Shown one piece after another: positions 12,895-25,695 of a stretch of 64,000 nucleotides of DNA. The stretch comes from Ginglymostoma cirratum (taxonomy: Eukaryota), in contig JAHRHZ010000109.1 in NCBI GenBank assembly GCA_024137785.1, positions 1,159,659 through 1,223,658 on the forward strand, written 5' to 3'. The translations under genes and the position numbers were made by a program. The stretch's first letter is position 1. Each line of letters begins with the position of its first letter. The notes beneath the pieces are model-generated. The model had not been told where the DNA came from. It ran no database searches and saw only the letters and a program-made list of their open reading frames with translations.

Positions 12895-13165
12895 AGCAAT
12901 CAGGATAAGGAAATAGGAGTAATTAATGACCTCAGAGTGCAGGAACCCCTACTCAGCAGTGATCACAGTGTGACTGAATTTCATGTTTCCATTGGGGGAA
13001 GGCAGTTTGGATCGACGACGAGCGCTCAAAACTAAATAAGGGCAATGGTATCAGTATGATGTTAGGGCTGCATGAAATGAAGTGAAAAAGTAAGTTAAGA
13101 GATGGCTCAGCTGAGATGCAATTGCAGACTCTGAAGGAGTGATTCACAATGTTCAAAAAAACCTC
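12895..13165 (+). mobile_element. CR1 ORF2 endonuclease-region fragment
   Basis: aattaatgacctcagagtgcaggaacccct..cagtgatcac gives the SDH motif context, followed by ctaaataagggcaat. Confidence 0.55.
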
Positions 13166-13999
13166 CAATGACTTTGTCAGTTTTCCATCGGTTTTAAGGA
13201 TGAGAACGCGTTTTTTGCAGCCTAACTGTAGTTTCACAATACCACTGCATCACATCATCCAGTAGGTAAGGGTCACGCACAATGCCAGGTAAAGTGCTAA
13301 GGAGATATGCAATACGTTGAGATGAAATGTAACTATCTGTGTGAAAGGGTTCCTTCTGTGACGTTTGTTCCATAAAGACTCCTCTCACGTTGGAAAAATG
13401 AATTTCCTGTAGTGTAACTGTGATGAAACGCTAAATATTTGCCTCACTACTTCACAACTCTGAGAGGCAGTGACACGATACCTTCTATTACAGCGTGGTC
13501 TCGTGAAAGCAAGTCGCCCATCAACAGGAATTCAATACATCAAATGTCTCCAACTGCCTGTACAATGTATGTGCTGCTCTTGCAGTCAGATTTCAGTTGC
13601 TTTACTTTACATCTCCTCAGCTTGCTTCTTCCAGTAAACACATCCGACCCTGACAAATCTATCATGTATTTCCACTTTCACACATCTTTTGTACCCACTC
13701 GACCTGACATAGGTACGATGGATAGATCGAACTTTTCTGGCTCTCTCATTCTGGCAGTACATGAATGGTAAAGCGCACTGTGTCTGTTCTACAGGACACC
13801 CTGCAGTATTTCACCACGTTGATTCCGGCTGCACAGTGCTTGCTGTGAAATGTACATGTGTAGTATTCTGTTGTCCAGCTGTGTCCCGACTGTGTCAATA
13901 TAACCTTTAACTAACTTCCCACATGGTGCTGGTCGAACTCTAAGTTCACTCAGAATCACAAACTCGTCACAGCGCAGACAGAATCCATGAAGCCTACCT

Positions 14000-14340
14000 T
14001 AGCTGTGCCGGTTCTCCATAATGAGGAAATGGGGATATCTTTTAGCGTCATTATCTTGAATTCTCCCTGTAAATCTGCACATTGTTAGTTTTAACCTAAC
14101 TGTCGAATTCGTTTGTCAAAAACTCAATTATTTCTGCATGAAAACATTTTTCCGGATATCACTTTTATTTCTTTTCCAAACGACTTGAAACCTCTGGCTA
14201 ACCGCTCTGGGTCCTTTCATGTATGGGAGCATTTCCTCCTTGTTGCCTCTGTGTCGACCCCTCATAACTTTGAAAACTTCAATCAGGCGAGCTTTTAGTC
14301 TTCTGTTCTCCAACCTTCCAATCTATCTTCATAGCTGACA
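14000..14340 (-). mobile_element. CR1 LINE 3' fragment
   Basis: Minus ORF 14128-14313 reads ENRRLKARLIEVFKVMRG...DIRKNVFMQ. Confidence 0.7.
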
Positions 14341-14352
14341 TCTTTACAGACA

Positions 14353-14690
14353 AGGGTGGTGATGGCCTAGTGGAATTGACGTTGGCATGTTAATCCAGAG
14401 ACGTAGGTAACATTTTGGTGTCCTGCGTTCGAAGCCCACTAGCGTGAAGGGTGGAAGTTAAAAGGAAAAAAAAAACTACAATTAAGAATCTGGGGATGAG
14501 TGGGAGTCAATTGTGAGTGAAATTCATCTCGTTCATTAACATCCTTTAGGCAATGAAATTACCATCCTTGCCTGGTCTGTGATCTTACATGTGAATCTAG
14601 ACACTGAAGTGTCCGCTGGGCAGGCAGGGGCGCGCAGTAAAGACGGCTTAGCCAGTGGCGAGCTCGACCTAGTAATGATTTTTTTTTAAA
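14353..14690 (+). mobile_element. tRNA-derived SINE (shark family distinct from HE1)
   Basis: Head ggtgatggcctagtgg...taatccagag...gttcgaagcccac; body catcctttagg..accatccttgcctggtctg..catgtga. Similar copies at 47870-47990(-), 49120-49430(+) and 50790-50940(-). Confidence 0.7.
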
Positions 14691-14975
14691 AAAAAATCTG
14701 TTCTGCACTAACTCCAATCACTTCATGTCTCCGCTTCCTGACGTTTACCGCCCAAATAATTGCAAGAATCCAGATTTATTCAATGTCAGATTGCATGGGC
14801 GAAACCCCAAACTTGCACTTTTCACGTTCCATATTCGCTATGTCGCCATGCTCGCGACAATGACATTGTTGCTCTCGAAGTTTAATCCTGTTTCAAGAAG
14901 TACAACTTCATGACGTGAAGCTTTTTTTTTGAAAACCTGATCAGGCGACCTGGGAAAACTAAAATGAAACAATCA

Positions 14976-15070
14976 GAGCTTGCCCGGAATTTGAATCCGG
15001 GACCTCTCAAATGCTAGTTAAATGCAAACCCCTGAGCTAAGCGCGAATCATACTTCTGGACCAACGAGCC
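14976..15070 (-). pseudogene. tRNA-Pro-type gene/pseudogene with 23-nt insert after nt 37 (anticodon reads AGC)
   Basis: Reverse complement GGCTCGTTGGTCCAGAAGTATGATTCGCGC TT AGC T [CAGGGGTTTGCATTTAACTAGCA] T TTGAG AGGTCCCGGATTCAAATTCCGGGCAAGCTC; 95 nt against 72 nt canonical. Confidence 0.8.
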
Positions 15071-16112
15071 AGTAAAACCCCTGCATTTCTGCCACGTGAC
15101 CCGGGTGTGAAGCAAATGACCATTTCAAGAACATCTTTTCATTCTGTCTCTTGGCTCCCAGAATGGTATTGTTAATCCCCTGCCCTGTGACCGGGCATTC
15201 TCCATTGGCGGATTATGAAACTGTTTTCTTCCTCTTGCAAAAAATACTGAGGGAAGGAAATGCACATGTTCTTTTCAGCTCCCTCCCAAACACATGGGGT
15301 TCAGTGACTTGAATGCGGTGTGACTCGGCAAATTTGATTGCGAACTTCCTCTAAATGTTTGTTATCCGAGATAGAAAAAGATGCTGAGCTGGTGGGAAAG
15401 AGAGAAAAGGACACCAGAGATTTCCCTCAGTTAAGTCAATGTGGGTTTTTCTTTTCTGTGCAGCCTATTGATGTTCAAGATTCGTCTTCACACAGAAATC
15501 CTGCAAAAGACTGATACAACGCAAGAGTCGGTTTGTTTGCTGCAGCCGGACAGGCGTTAATATCTGAAACCAACAACCCCAAATTAAGAGGAGCCGAGTG
15601 AAACTCTCACTCATGCCGTCATTCCCGTACAGAAGAGAGCCGTTCAGCTCATCGATCCCATCGAAACTCTGTCGCTTATATCTCTCTGGTATTATTCAGG
15701 AGCGGGGATATCTGTCCCAATGATGGTACCTGTTTATGATTCTGCGTCTGATATACTGATTCTCAAGTTGATTTACTATTGTCGCTTGACCCTCTTGTTA
15801 TTCACAACTTGCCATGTCAACAGGAGGAAGCTGCGGTCCAAAAGTTTGGGGAATTGCTGCAGGATGTCCTCAGCATCTAACAGACTGCAAATAACGTGTT
15901 TCAACTTCACCAGATTTTATGGAGGACTTATTCAATGTTAGATTGCGTGCACAAACGTGCTGAGGCATTTGTTCCCATTTTCAATAAGTTTCCGTTTGCC
16001 ATCTTCGCTGCATTGACACTTCTGCCCCATCCTGACTTCAGGAAGTCCGACCTCATTGGAAACCGCCTTTTTTTCCCCAGAAAGCTGATCGTGCGAGTAG
16101 GCTACAAGAAGA

Positions 16113-16203
16113 CCAGAAATCCCAGCATTCAACCCAGTACCTCTCGCATAATCCACACTGTATAATCCCCAAAGCGAGAATCATACCCCGAGGTCAATGA
16201 GTC
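16113..16203 (-). pseudogene. tRNA-Pro(TGG) pseudogene with 19-nt intron-like insert (16149-16167)
   Basis: Reverse complement ..GGGGTATGATT CTCGC TT TGG G [GATTATACAGTGTGGATTA] T GCGAG AGGTACTGGGTTGAAT. The anticodon stem is perfect on both sides of the insert. The 3' acceptor strand is lost. Confidence 0.85.
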
Positions 16204-17019
16204 ATTGCCTGAGCAGCATCAGCAGCCCCGGACCAGCTGAGAGTCACTCAGAGCAAAATACATTCCACGTTGCTCCTGGGATTCAAAGCACCAAAGAATT
16301 TCCAGAACATCTTCATTCTGTATCCCTGCTCTCGACACAGAGTATAACATTCAGATTCACCGTTAATGTGAAGAGAGATAGTGGGACTGTGGCTTCCGCG
16401 GTTGTATAAAATTCACTGTACCTGTGTCCACTAGCTGGAAAAGAACTGCAGTTGATTGGAAACATCTCTTTCTGAACTCACTGTCACTCTGCTACAAAGG
16501 GACGAGCTGGGAAATCCTGATGCATTGAAAAATAAAATTTAGCGCCGATAGATTAAGTAATTTAAGATCAGTATAATATTATTTACACCGCGCCATCACC
16601 AACTGAATGAAGCCGCTGCCCAGGGGTGGCGACTGTGTTTAAACCCCATGATGAATAGGTTGTGTTTTACTTCTCACACTAGGGGAAGTGAGCATTTACC
16701 CAAACAATTGGCACACCACAGCTCTGAAACATTGTTCAAATGGAAAACCTGGAGAGCAATAGGAAACAAGCTTTACGATACACACACACACCATCGCCAA
16801 AAGCCACTGCCTAACATGTATTCCAGGAAAGCTAGCCGACATTTGAGCAGCGTAAGCCTGACATGATTCAAAAACGGAGCGCTGTTATCTGGAGCCAAAT
16901 AGGCTCCCTTTGCGACGCAAGGTCACACATGCTGTAAGCCTACTGTATAGGGTTAAGGGAAGTGATCGCACCACAATGATTTTAAACTATTGTTGACAAA
17001 GGAGGTCAAAAGATAGTGC

Positions 17020-17190
17020 TCTTTCTCTCTTAAACCATCCCCACATCACCCCGCCTTTCTCTCTCTCTCTCCATTCCTCTTTTTTCTCTCCCTGCTTGTC
17101 TGTCTGGCCCTCTGTCTCCTTCATTTCACCCTTCTCTAATTCATTGCCTCAATTTCTCTCTCTTCATTCTCTACCTATCTTCGTACGTTC
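17020..17190. repeat. CT-rich low-complexity tract
   Basis: (CT)n and polypyrimidine runs. Confidence 0.7.
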
Positions 17191-18689
17191 TGTTTTGAAT
17201 TTGCGGGACACTGGGGAGATTGATTCTAACCGGCACAGGGCGGATCCAGGACTTGTTCCTTAACCTCCTTCAAATACAACGAGAGGGAGAGGATCTGAGA
17301 GGGATGAAACACTTGACGAGATTCCAGTTCCTCTTTCCGAATATCGTTCAGTAAATTCAGACACCAAAACCCCCCAATATTTCTCCAATTTCACCAAGAA
17401 AAAGCATCATGAATATCATTGATAGAAATATAGATTCCCAAAGATTGCTTAACTTAAGTGTCTGAGATTGTAATGTATAAATGTAAATACCTGGGGATGT
17501 AATTACATTTCATTGAAAGGTTCAGCACCACGTGACCCACGACTAATCCATATTCACATTCCAGGAGCCAGCATCATTGGTGCATCACAATAGTTGACGG
17601 CTATTACCGTTCATGCCATATGACGTCATGTTGCAGCTAGAAGCCACAAGGACAGTTAATGAAAGAAATCTCACTAAGGGTCAGACATCCTTGCGTCGGG
17701 AAACATTTTGATGGCCAACCACAATCATTTCACGTGAATACAAAATCTCAAAATTAAACAAGCTCGAAGCATCCTCCTTTATTCTCATTTAATGTTCGAT
17801 ACCCTTTAAGCTAGATAATGATTTCTGTGGGCAATTGGTTAAAGTCTGAACTGATGAAAAGCGATGTCAAAACTTTTTAAATGGAACATCCCCGTCTTGA
17901 TTTCTAAACTCATCGCTTGATCCAGTACTAAACCAAGCATGTTACCATGTAATCAAGCCCGACTACAGCAAAGGCTCCATTCGGTCTATCCATTTTGTTA
18001 TCCTGAACAGAGGCACATTTCACACTTGAATTTAAACTGAGAAAATTGGAGACAGACTGCGGAATCAGTTTCTATGTATCAACACACATGGCTAGTTCCT
18101 GGTGACATAGGCGTGTTTGTAGTGGTTGAGGTGACACAGCTATGTCTCCGTAACGAATGCCTCAGCCTTTATTTTGGAATAGTAAAAGTGAAAGAGGAAA
18201 ACTGTCATTTTGGTAGTTGCAATATGACGTTTGAACTTGCTGACACCCGGGTTTCGGGGATCGTTCAGGTTTGTTTCACATCAGTCTCCGTATTGTTTTT
18301 AGTCAACAAGTTCAGCTGTTGACCAAAATTTTTTGAGAGTTGAAATTTTTAGTTTCCTGGTCAGACATTTCCGACCCGTCAATTAGCTGTGAGAAAGTCT
18401 TCTCCAATCATTGGAACAGTTTTTGGATATACAGTACATTCAGGCTTCGACATCTTATACCAATATTCTTTCAAACTCAACATGGAAACAATTAACCGAC
18501 CACACACCGAGAGATAATTTATGCGAAATCTACGGAGCTCTCGGTTTCGACCAAACTCGATAATGACTCTTTCCTCATCAAGGAAAACAGAGAAGAGCAC
18601 AAGGCCAGCAATATTCCAAACCCACACACTCCAATTATTTTCTACCAGCGACAAGCAGTAACTGCAGCTTCTTTGAAGTCCCATTCAGT

Positions 18690-19340
18690 GACTTCTGATC
18701 GTCCATAGCTCCTCATAGATGCCCACACCTGAGTTCTAGATGTGTTTGCAGTCTGTCCTATTTAGCACGGTGATAATGCCATATGACACAATGGATGGTA
18801 GCCACAATGTGAAGGCGAGACTTCGGCCCGACCGTAACTACATACTGGTCGCCTCCTGCCGTTACTGTCATGGACAGATGCATCTGCTGAGGACAGATTG
18901 GTGAAGATGAGGTGAAACATGTTTTCACTCTTCCTGGTTCTCTCGCCACCTGCACACCCAGTCGAACAGCTTTCGGATCTGACCAGCTGCTGCCGAGCCA
19001 CTCTGGACGATGGACATTGAAATCGCTAATACAGAGTTCATTTTGCGCTCTTACCTGCCTCAGAGCTCCGTCCAAGAACTGTTCAACATGAAGGATCACT
19101 GATTCATCAGCCTAGTGAGAACGGTACGTGGCAATCATCAGGAGGCTTCCTTGTCCATGTGTAACTTGATGCCCTGAGACTTAATGGGATCGTGACTCCA
19201 TGTTGAGAACTCTGAGTCAACTTCCCCCCGACAGTGTTGCAATGTGTGGCCACCTGTACTGGGTCTTTCATGAATATTGAACAGGACACATCCAGGGATC
19301 GTGATGGTGAATCTGGGATATTGTCTGTAATATATGTTTC
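18690..19340 (-). mobile_element. Non-LTR retrotransposon (CR1/L2-group) AP-endonuclease fragment
   Basis: Minus-strand frames give ILHVEQFLDGALRQVRAQN..SDFNVH, HLIFTNLSSADASVHDS and VIWHYHRAK, degenerate APE motifs with several frameshifts. Confidence 0.75.
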
Positions 19341-20169
19341 TGTGATTTCAGATTGGTTGTAATTTTACAAGTATGACAACTGTCCTTTGCCAGTTTTTCT
19401 CTCACAAAATATAGTCTGTGGCATTCATTGTGAATACACTGCAACTGTCTGACCTCCCACCCCTGCAGAGACATCTGTGTCACTGTGAACCAGCTCTCCT
19501 GAACCCCAGGACATCTCCCGTTGAGCCTGTCCACTTGTCTCTTCCAAAATATCGGATTGTGCTGCAGCAGAGAATCCGTTTGAATTCCTGATAATTTCAA
19601 AGAATGTTGATTATTTCAATGTCTCAGATCAGGCAATGACACCGAGAACATCAGAGTCAATGACCCAGCGTCTTAAAGAAGGGAAAAGAGCTATGAAGGG
19701 CTCTGCTCAATCAAACAATTCAACCTGCCCTGAATCTGCTTCACAAAGAGTTTTGAAAGATTCACGAAGCTGGAGACTGGATTTTCTGTTTTGTTTCCTT
19801 TCCAAGTTTCCAACCACCAACAGACAATTTTGGCGCTGTTTATAATGTTGGGCATGGGCAGCTTGTTCGAGCTGACAGTGAGAAATTCTTGCCACAGGCG
19901 AAAGTGAGTCAGCAGAGCACTTGGATTTAGGAAAGAATTATTTGTATTCAGATCGCACTTTTCCAAAGCAGAGATGAAGCCAGTTTGCCCATGGGCAGGT
20001 GTTCTTTCAAAGTTGATTCTTTGTTTTCTGAAAATGCATGTCCACTGCAAAGACCCGAGGGACATCTCAGACTGACATTGATTTGGAATGAGGGGCTTTC
20101 ATATGCGTTTGAAGTTTTTCCTCCAGAGTACGCTAACCAGCGAGTAAAGGATATGTTTGGAGCTAATAA

Positions 20170-20254
20170 TGGCTCAGCTGTAGTTTGAAGGGGAGACCTC
20201 TCGCATTCTCTAGATTAGGCCCAAGGGAGAATCATATCTCTAGACCAATGAGCC
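20170..20254 (-). pseudogene. tRNA-Pro-type pseudogene with 13-nt insert
   Basis: Reverse complement GGCTCATTGGTCTAGAGATATGATT CTCCC TT GGG C [CTAATCTAGAGAA] T GCGAG AGGTC..TGAGCCA; 85 nt. Confidence 0.8.
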
Positions 20255-21621
20255 AGTCACTGTTCCGGTGCTTAATCGGAAACTAGGTGACACTCATTCA
20301 GTGATATTTTCCCTATTTTTGATATCAGAGTCGCGGATTCAAGTTTCTTCTGCTCCAGAGGTGTGTCATAACATCTCTGAACAAGCTGATTACAATAAAA
20401 AGGCACATTTGCTTCTGCAAGTGAAAGCAGCAATGAACTGCTTCTTCCCATTCTCTCTCCATGCTCCCGGGAATCTGTTCCTTGCTCCCTTCCTCCTAGG
20501 ACCAGCTCTCTGCATCAGCAGATAGATTAAACCATTTCCCTCCACGGGCTGACAGTGCTGGGAGACGGTACGCTGTGCAGCTCCCTTTCAAACACTGGCA
20601 GAGGAAAGGAACAGAAGAAGCAGAATCAGATTTGTGTAGGAAATTATAAACAACGATTGGGAACTTCCATCGAATGACATTTATCAGAGAAGAGAGAGAA
20701 TGCAAACCCGCTGGAAAAGAGAGAAGTCGAACCTGGACACTGTTACCTTTGGAAACTCAATATGGCACATTTCTGTGCAGCCTGTTTGGTGCTCAGGATT
20801 CACATAACAATCTTGCAGAAAGGTTTGCAAAGCGGACGTCTGTTTCTTTTCTGTGACTGGGTAGGATTTAAAATCTGACAGCAACAGTCCCAGTTTAAAA
20901 GGATCCGAGTGAAACACTCACTCACTGAGAGTCATCTCCTGTGACCCTGACCTGCGAGGCTGCACACAGTTCAACGCGGAAGGTGGCGTGGTTGGCGGGA
21001 TAGGGGTGGGAGGATTAAAATGAGCCATCGTTTCTCACTTGCTCTGTCGCAGAAACAGTGAACAATGTCAGAAGTCACACAACACCAGTTTATAGTCCAA
21101 CAGCTTAATGTGAAATCACACGCTTTCTGAGCGTTGCTCCTCCATCAGGTGAAGTGACAATCTTCACTGGCATCTCCACGCCACAGACATAGGGAGAATG
21201 ACGTCATAAACCAATGGCGTCATTCCCGTGCAGGAAGAAGCAGTTCAGCACATCGGGTCCACGGCCACTCCCTGTCACTTGTATCTCTCTGTAGGTTTTC
21301 ACCATCGGTGATATCTGTCCGAATAATGGTGAACTGTGTCTGAGTCGTGATGTTGTCTCTTACGTGAAGATCCTCTTACTGTTAACGAATGTTGACTTCA
21401 CCGGGAGATCACCACCGTCTGAAACAGCGTGGGCAATTATTACAGGGCATCCTCTGCATGAAACACACCGCAATTCATGTGCATCAATATAAAAGAAATA
21501 CTTCTGAGGCATGCAGTCCCGGGAAGCAGATCAAAGTGCAGTGCACCGCACAACGGCGCTTTGTGCTAGAAGATCCCTGGGAGGCACCAGTACAGGCAAA
21601 TCGCAACACGAAGCTCCTAAA

Positions 21622-21692
21622 GAACAGAGGATGGTTTCGATCTCCCGATCTTTACTTAAAGGCCCAGCATGATCACACTGTACCATTCTGAT
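21622..21692 (-). pseudogene. Initiator tRNA-Met pseudogene (anticodon reads TTT)
   Basis: Reverse complement ..tgctgggccTTTaa..gatcgaaaccatcctctg carries the iMet-diagnostic GATCGAAACCATCCTCTG 3' end. Confidence 0.75.
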
Positions 21693-22599
21693 AGCGTGCA
21701 GTACTGTGCTTTAAGGGAAGTATTGGGATTTTCGTCTGCCGCGTGACAAGTACATTTGAGAATGATGTCAAAAGACTGTAATAATTTCCTGGCTGTGTTT
21801 GGATATTTTTTGTCTAACTTCCCACCTTCTGTTATTTGAACTCAGATTTCACGCAGAATCACAACATTCAAGAAACATTCGGAGTCGGGTTGCATGGGCG
21901 AACATCCTGAAACACTTGTTTTCCCTTTGAGAAAGTGTTTCCCTTTGCCGTGTTCGCTGTCCTGGTAGCTCTGACCCGTCCCTACTTCAGGCAGTCCGAC
22001 CTCATTTAACGAAGCTGCGTTTTCGGAAAGCTGCTCGGCGATTTGGTAAAATTGAAGACATTGGGACCACCTCTTTCATGGACGTATATTAACAACACGC
22101 ACTTGTGAACGGGGCGGACGATTTCAACATCCTAAAATGAGGCAAAACTCACAAATGAACTAATCAACGCAGAATGCCATAAAAACTGTTTTTTTGCAAC
22201 GAAGTTCATTTCGCTTAACATCGCTTGATTATCCTGAGCCTGATCCTCCAAAAATAATGGTTCAAGTTAATAAAAGCTGCTCTGTGTGAGATTTGATTGC
22301 ACAACCTTGCATTTCACACGCCTCTCTCTGCATGTCTTCTTGCTATATTAATTGATCTCTTACTGTGTTCTTTTAACACATGCTAAGAGGAATAAATGGG
22401 AACAGCAGTGATTACAAAGGTTACTGTGATCATAACGCAAAATACGTACAACTACACGATCGCAACACCACAGAAAATATGAAACGCTAGAAAGCTCCAG
22501 ACACACAACGCGCGTACTTTCCAAACAGCGGGCTGATATTAGGGAACACGGAATGGGGAGAACCTTTGCAGTTCGTGACTCCAAAGTTTATGAATGCTC

Positions 22600-22960
22600 C
22601 GCATTGAGTCTGTGAAAGACTGAGATTGTTAGATTGCTTCAGATTAAAATCGTCAAGAGCTCAGGGGATAGTGCAGAAAAATTATGTTAAAGTAAAAGGT
22701 CATTCGTGATGTCAGTGAACATCGAGGCGGGCTTGCAGTTTGCAACGTGTGTCCATGTCGAATGAAAATACATTGACAGGTTTGTTCCAAATTGAAGTGT
22801 TCAGTGGAAGCAGGAGGCTGAGGGAGGTGCAGGGCAAACCAATTCAGATGGGACTGCAGGACCTGCAAAGACCTTGTACAGGAGATTGTACAGCACAGAA
22901 GAGAGAATTGATGCATTGAATTTGGGTTGAGGGGCCCAGCATCCTTTCACAAGTGAGGGT
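22600..22960 (+). mobile_element. LINE (CR1-like) 3' remnant
   Basis: gagattgttagatt..aggggata.. resembles a CR1 3' UTR. Highly decayed. Confidence 0.4.
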
Positions 22961-23169
22961 TTACTGGGATATAAGACATTATAGCGACCATGGATAGCGT
23001 CTAGTTGGATATAAAGACAACAGAAAAGACACGGACTGGGTTTACTCGGATATGAAAATGTTAGGAAGGACACCGACAGGGTTTACTGGGGTTTCAGAAA
23101 CACGCTAAACTTTGTCAACTGTTTCTTGTTGTCTCTAACAGAATCAATTTCTCAAATTGATTTTATTAT

Positions 23170-24020
23170 CACACGGACCAAGGTTGTAAATGCTGAAACT
23201 ATGCACTAGTCGATGCTGTCTGCTCTCACGCATCGCAGTTCTCTCCAGGAGCTGTGAAGTTGATGGTCTGAATTGCCTTCTCCCATTCTCTGTCACTTTG
23301 GGATCATTTGAATCATGAAATCTATTCTCTAAGCTGTGAACAACGTGTTGAAGTTGATACACATCAGGTGCAGTGTGTTTGAAAGACAGGACTCCCTGAA
23401 GTAGCACCCCACGCTGAATTAGACAGCTGCGCCATCCCTGTGACATCGAGAAGGACACGGACAATGCTCCCCATTATGATGAGAGATTTTTTTCTTTTCC
23501 AGCAACTCTGCATTTTTCGCCGTGTCTCAGATGGAGTAATTTGGATAAGATTCCCAACAGAATGCTAGATTCTGTGCATGTGCGGTCTCCTTTTTGTACA
23601 GCCTTCACACTTCCCATATGTCTCATTCCCACCACACCCCTCCCCTGTGCTGTAAGTCCGTATTGACAGGGAGCTGAAGAGCGCATTCATGCTGTTCTCC
23701 TCCAGCACGGACTTCCAGTGGAAGATCGTTTACTCCAGCCGCCAATGGAGAGAGCGTATTCCCGGGGAAAGAGAGCTGACAGAGCCTCCCGGGAGAATGG
23801 GCTCAGAATGGGAAGAAGCTGTTAGTAAAACTCAGTGCTTCTTTAGTGTTAACGGCACCGAGCTGTTGCTGATTCATTGGTTTAAATGTATGATTCCTTA
23901 TACGTATGGATTGAGTAGGTAGGAACGTCTCTCGCATTCAAATCACGGGCGATCCCTGGTGTCATGTATCTTGCTCCATTCTTCACTTGGGAAGAAGAAG
24001 TCGGTCTTCTATAAATTGGG
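23170..24020. repeat. Segment duplicated in inverted orientation at ~63150-64000
   Basis: agctgaagagcgcattc (23673) vs gaatgcgctcttcagct (63518); ttctctgtcactt vs aagtgacagagaa; cagaatgggaagaagctg vs cagcttcttcccattctg. Confidence 0.85.
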
Positions 24021-25083
24021 ATTAAACTGGAGAAGCTGAAACACATTACTTTCAGTTATTTTACCAAGACCTGCAGTAATTGCACATGCAGTTTCAGACG
24101 TGAAGAACAAGAGGATCATCATGTTGGAGACAGCATCACGACACAGACACAGTTCACCATTATTTGGACAGATATCACCAATTGTGAATAATCTCAGAGA
24201 AATACAATCGACAGGCAGTCACCGTGGACTCGATGGGCTGAACGGCTTCTTTCTTAACAGGGATGACGCCACGGGTTTATGACTTCACTCTCCCTGTCTC
24301 TGTGACAGAGCGGGTTGGGAAGAAATAATGGCTCATTATTAACCCTCCCTTCTGCGTTCTACTGTCTGCAACCGCGCAACTCAGGGCCGATGTGGGTGAC
24401 TGTCAGTGAGTGAGTGTTTCACTCGGATTCTCTTAATCTGGGACTGTTGGTGTCAGATATTAACTCCTGCTTTGGATGCAGCAAACGAACAGACGCCCGC
24501 GTTGCCAAAGTGGTATTTGCAGTGTTTCTGTGTGCAGACGAATCCTGAGCACCAACGGGATTTTACAGGAAGATTCAATTTTAAATTGCTGAAGGAATTA
24601 ATCTTCAGTTTCGACTTCTCTCTTTCCCAGCAGCTCTCCATCCTTCGGCTTCTCTCTCATAAATGTCATTTGACAAAAGTTCCAAATCGCTGTTAATAAT
24701 TTGCTGCACAAGCCTGATTCCACCCCTTCTGCTCCTTCCATCTTCCACTTCTTGGGAGGGAGCTATAGACCGTATACGATCTCCCAACACCGCCTGCCCA
24801 TGGAGGGAATTAGTTTAATGCATCTGAGAATGGAGACAACACTGTCCCTGCGGAAAGGACAAATAGCACTGGGAGACAGAATGAGAAGAAAACGTTTTTT
24901 GCTGCTTTCACTGCCTGAAGCAATGGGGAACAATATTTTCTTTCTTAGCAACATGTTCACCTATGTTATTGCACACCCCGGGAGCAGATAGAACTTGAAC
25001 CTTGGTCTCCTAAGTCCGAGGAAGGGACACTATCGCTGCCTGAGTGGCCCCTGATTTATTGTTAAGTGGGGCTTCACCAGGCT

Positions 25084-25168
25084 GGGCCATTGGTCTTGTT
25101 GTCTGATTCTTACTTCACGTGGATATTGGGAACGTGAGAAGTTGCAGGTTTGAATCCTGCACGAACCC
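25084..25168 (+). pseudogene. tRNA-Pro-scaffold sequence with CAC anticodon and 13-nt insert
   Basis: GGGCCATTGGTCTTGTTGTCTGATT CTTAC TT CAC G [TGGATATTGGGAA] C GTGAG AAGTT GCAGG TTTGAAT CCTGC ACGAACC C; 85 nt; inverted paralogue of the 20170 locus. Confidence 0.7.
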
Positions 25169-25622
25169 TTGTTGCATTTGACGTGTTTTTAAATGCTCGG
25201 GAGAGCATGGAGGTTTTTTTTTTTATGAAATAGATTTCGGTCCATGATCCCAAAGGGTGTTTGCTGTGAATATATCACATGCACCTACTTCACCTGACGA
25301 AGGTTTAGGGCTAGTATTAATGTGAAAGTACGTTTCACTGGATTGGGTCGTTAACTAGAGCAGTTACTGTGAATAAAATGATGGCAATTTTCAGCAGAGA
25401 AACAGGTGACAGCGAAACAGGCATCTGTTTTTGTTTTTTATTTGATTATTTTATTAGTTTTTTTATTGCCAGTGAAATTTAACGCATCGCAAAGTGGGGA
25501 CCATCGAAGTGAAACAGTGACAGCGATTATCTCTGCTGGTGTTCACCTCATGAATCACATTTCCACCTTGGTCCCTGTTAACATCACAACTCGACCGGAG
25601 GTAACTTATACAGCCAGGCAAT

Positions 25623-25695
25623 AGGCTAGTAACGTAATAGATAACGCATCTGACTCCGGGTTAGAAGATTACGAATTCGAGTCCTTCCTGGCTCG
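25623..25695 (+). pseudogene. tRNA-Arg(ACG)-type pseudogene (anticodon reads CCG)
   Basis: gataacgcatctgactCCGggttagaagatt..ttcgagtcct.cctggctcg matches the Arg-ACG body. Confidence 0.8.

Larger units (their letters stand above)
20170..25170. repeat. Inverted segmental duplication: ~20170-21480 versus ~24060-25170
   Basis: gatccgagtgaaacactcactcactga (20902) is the reverse complement of tcagtgagtgagtgtttcactcggat (24403); aatgacatttat vs ataaatgtcatt; ggtgatatctgtcc vs ggacagatatcacc. Confidence 0.85.

Noticed and set aside
22274-22360. Possible tRNA-Ile(TAT) remnant on the minus strand
   Set aside because: Only about 35 nt resemble the 3' end and the 5' exon cannot be aligned.
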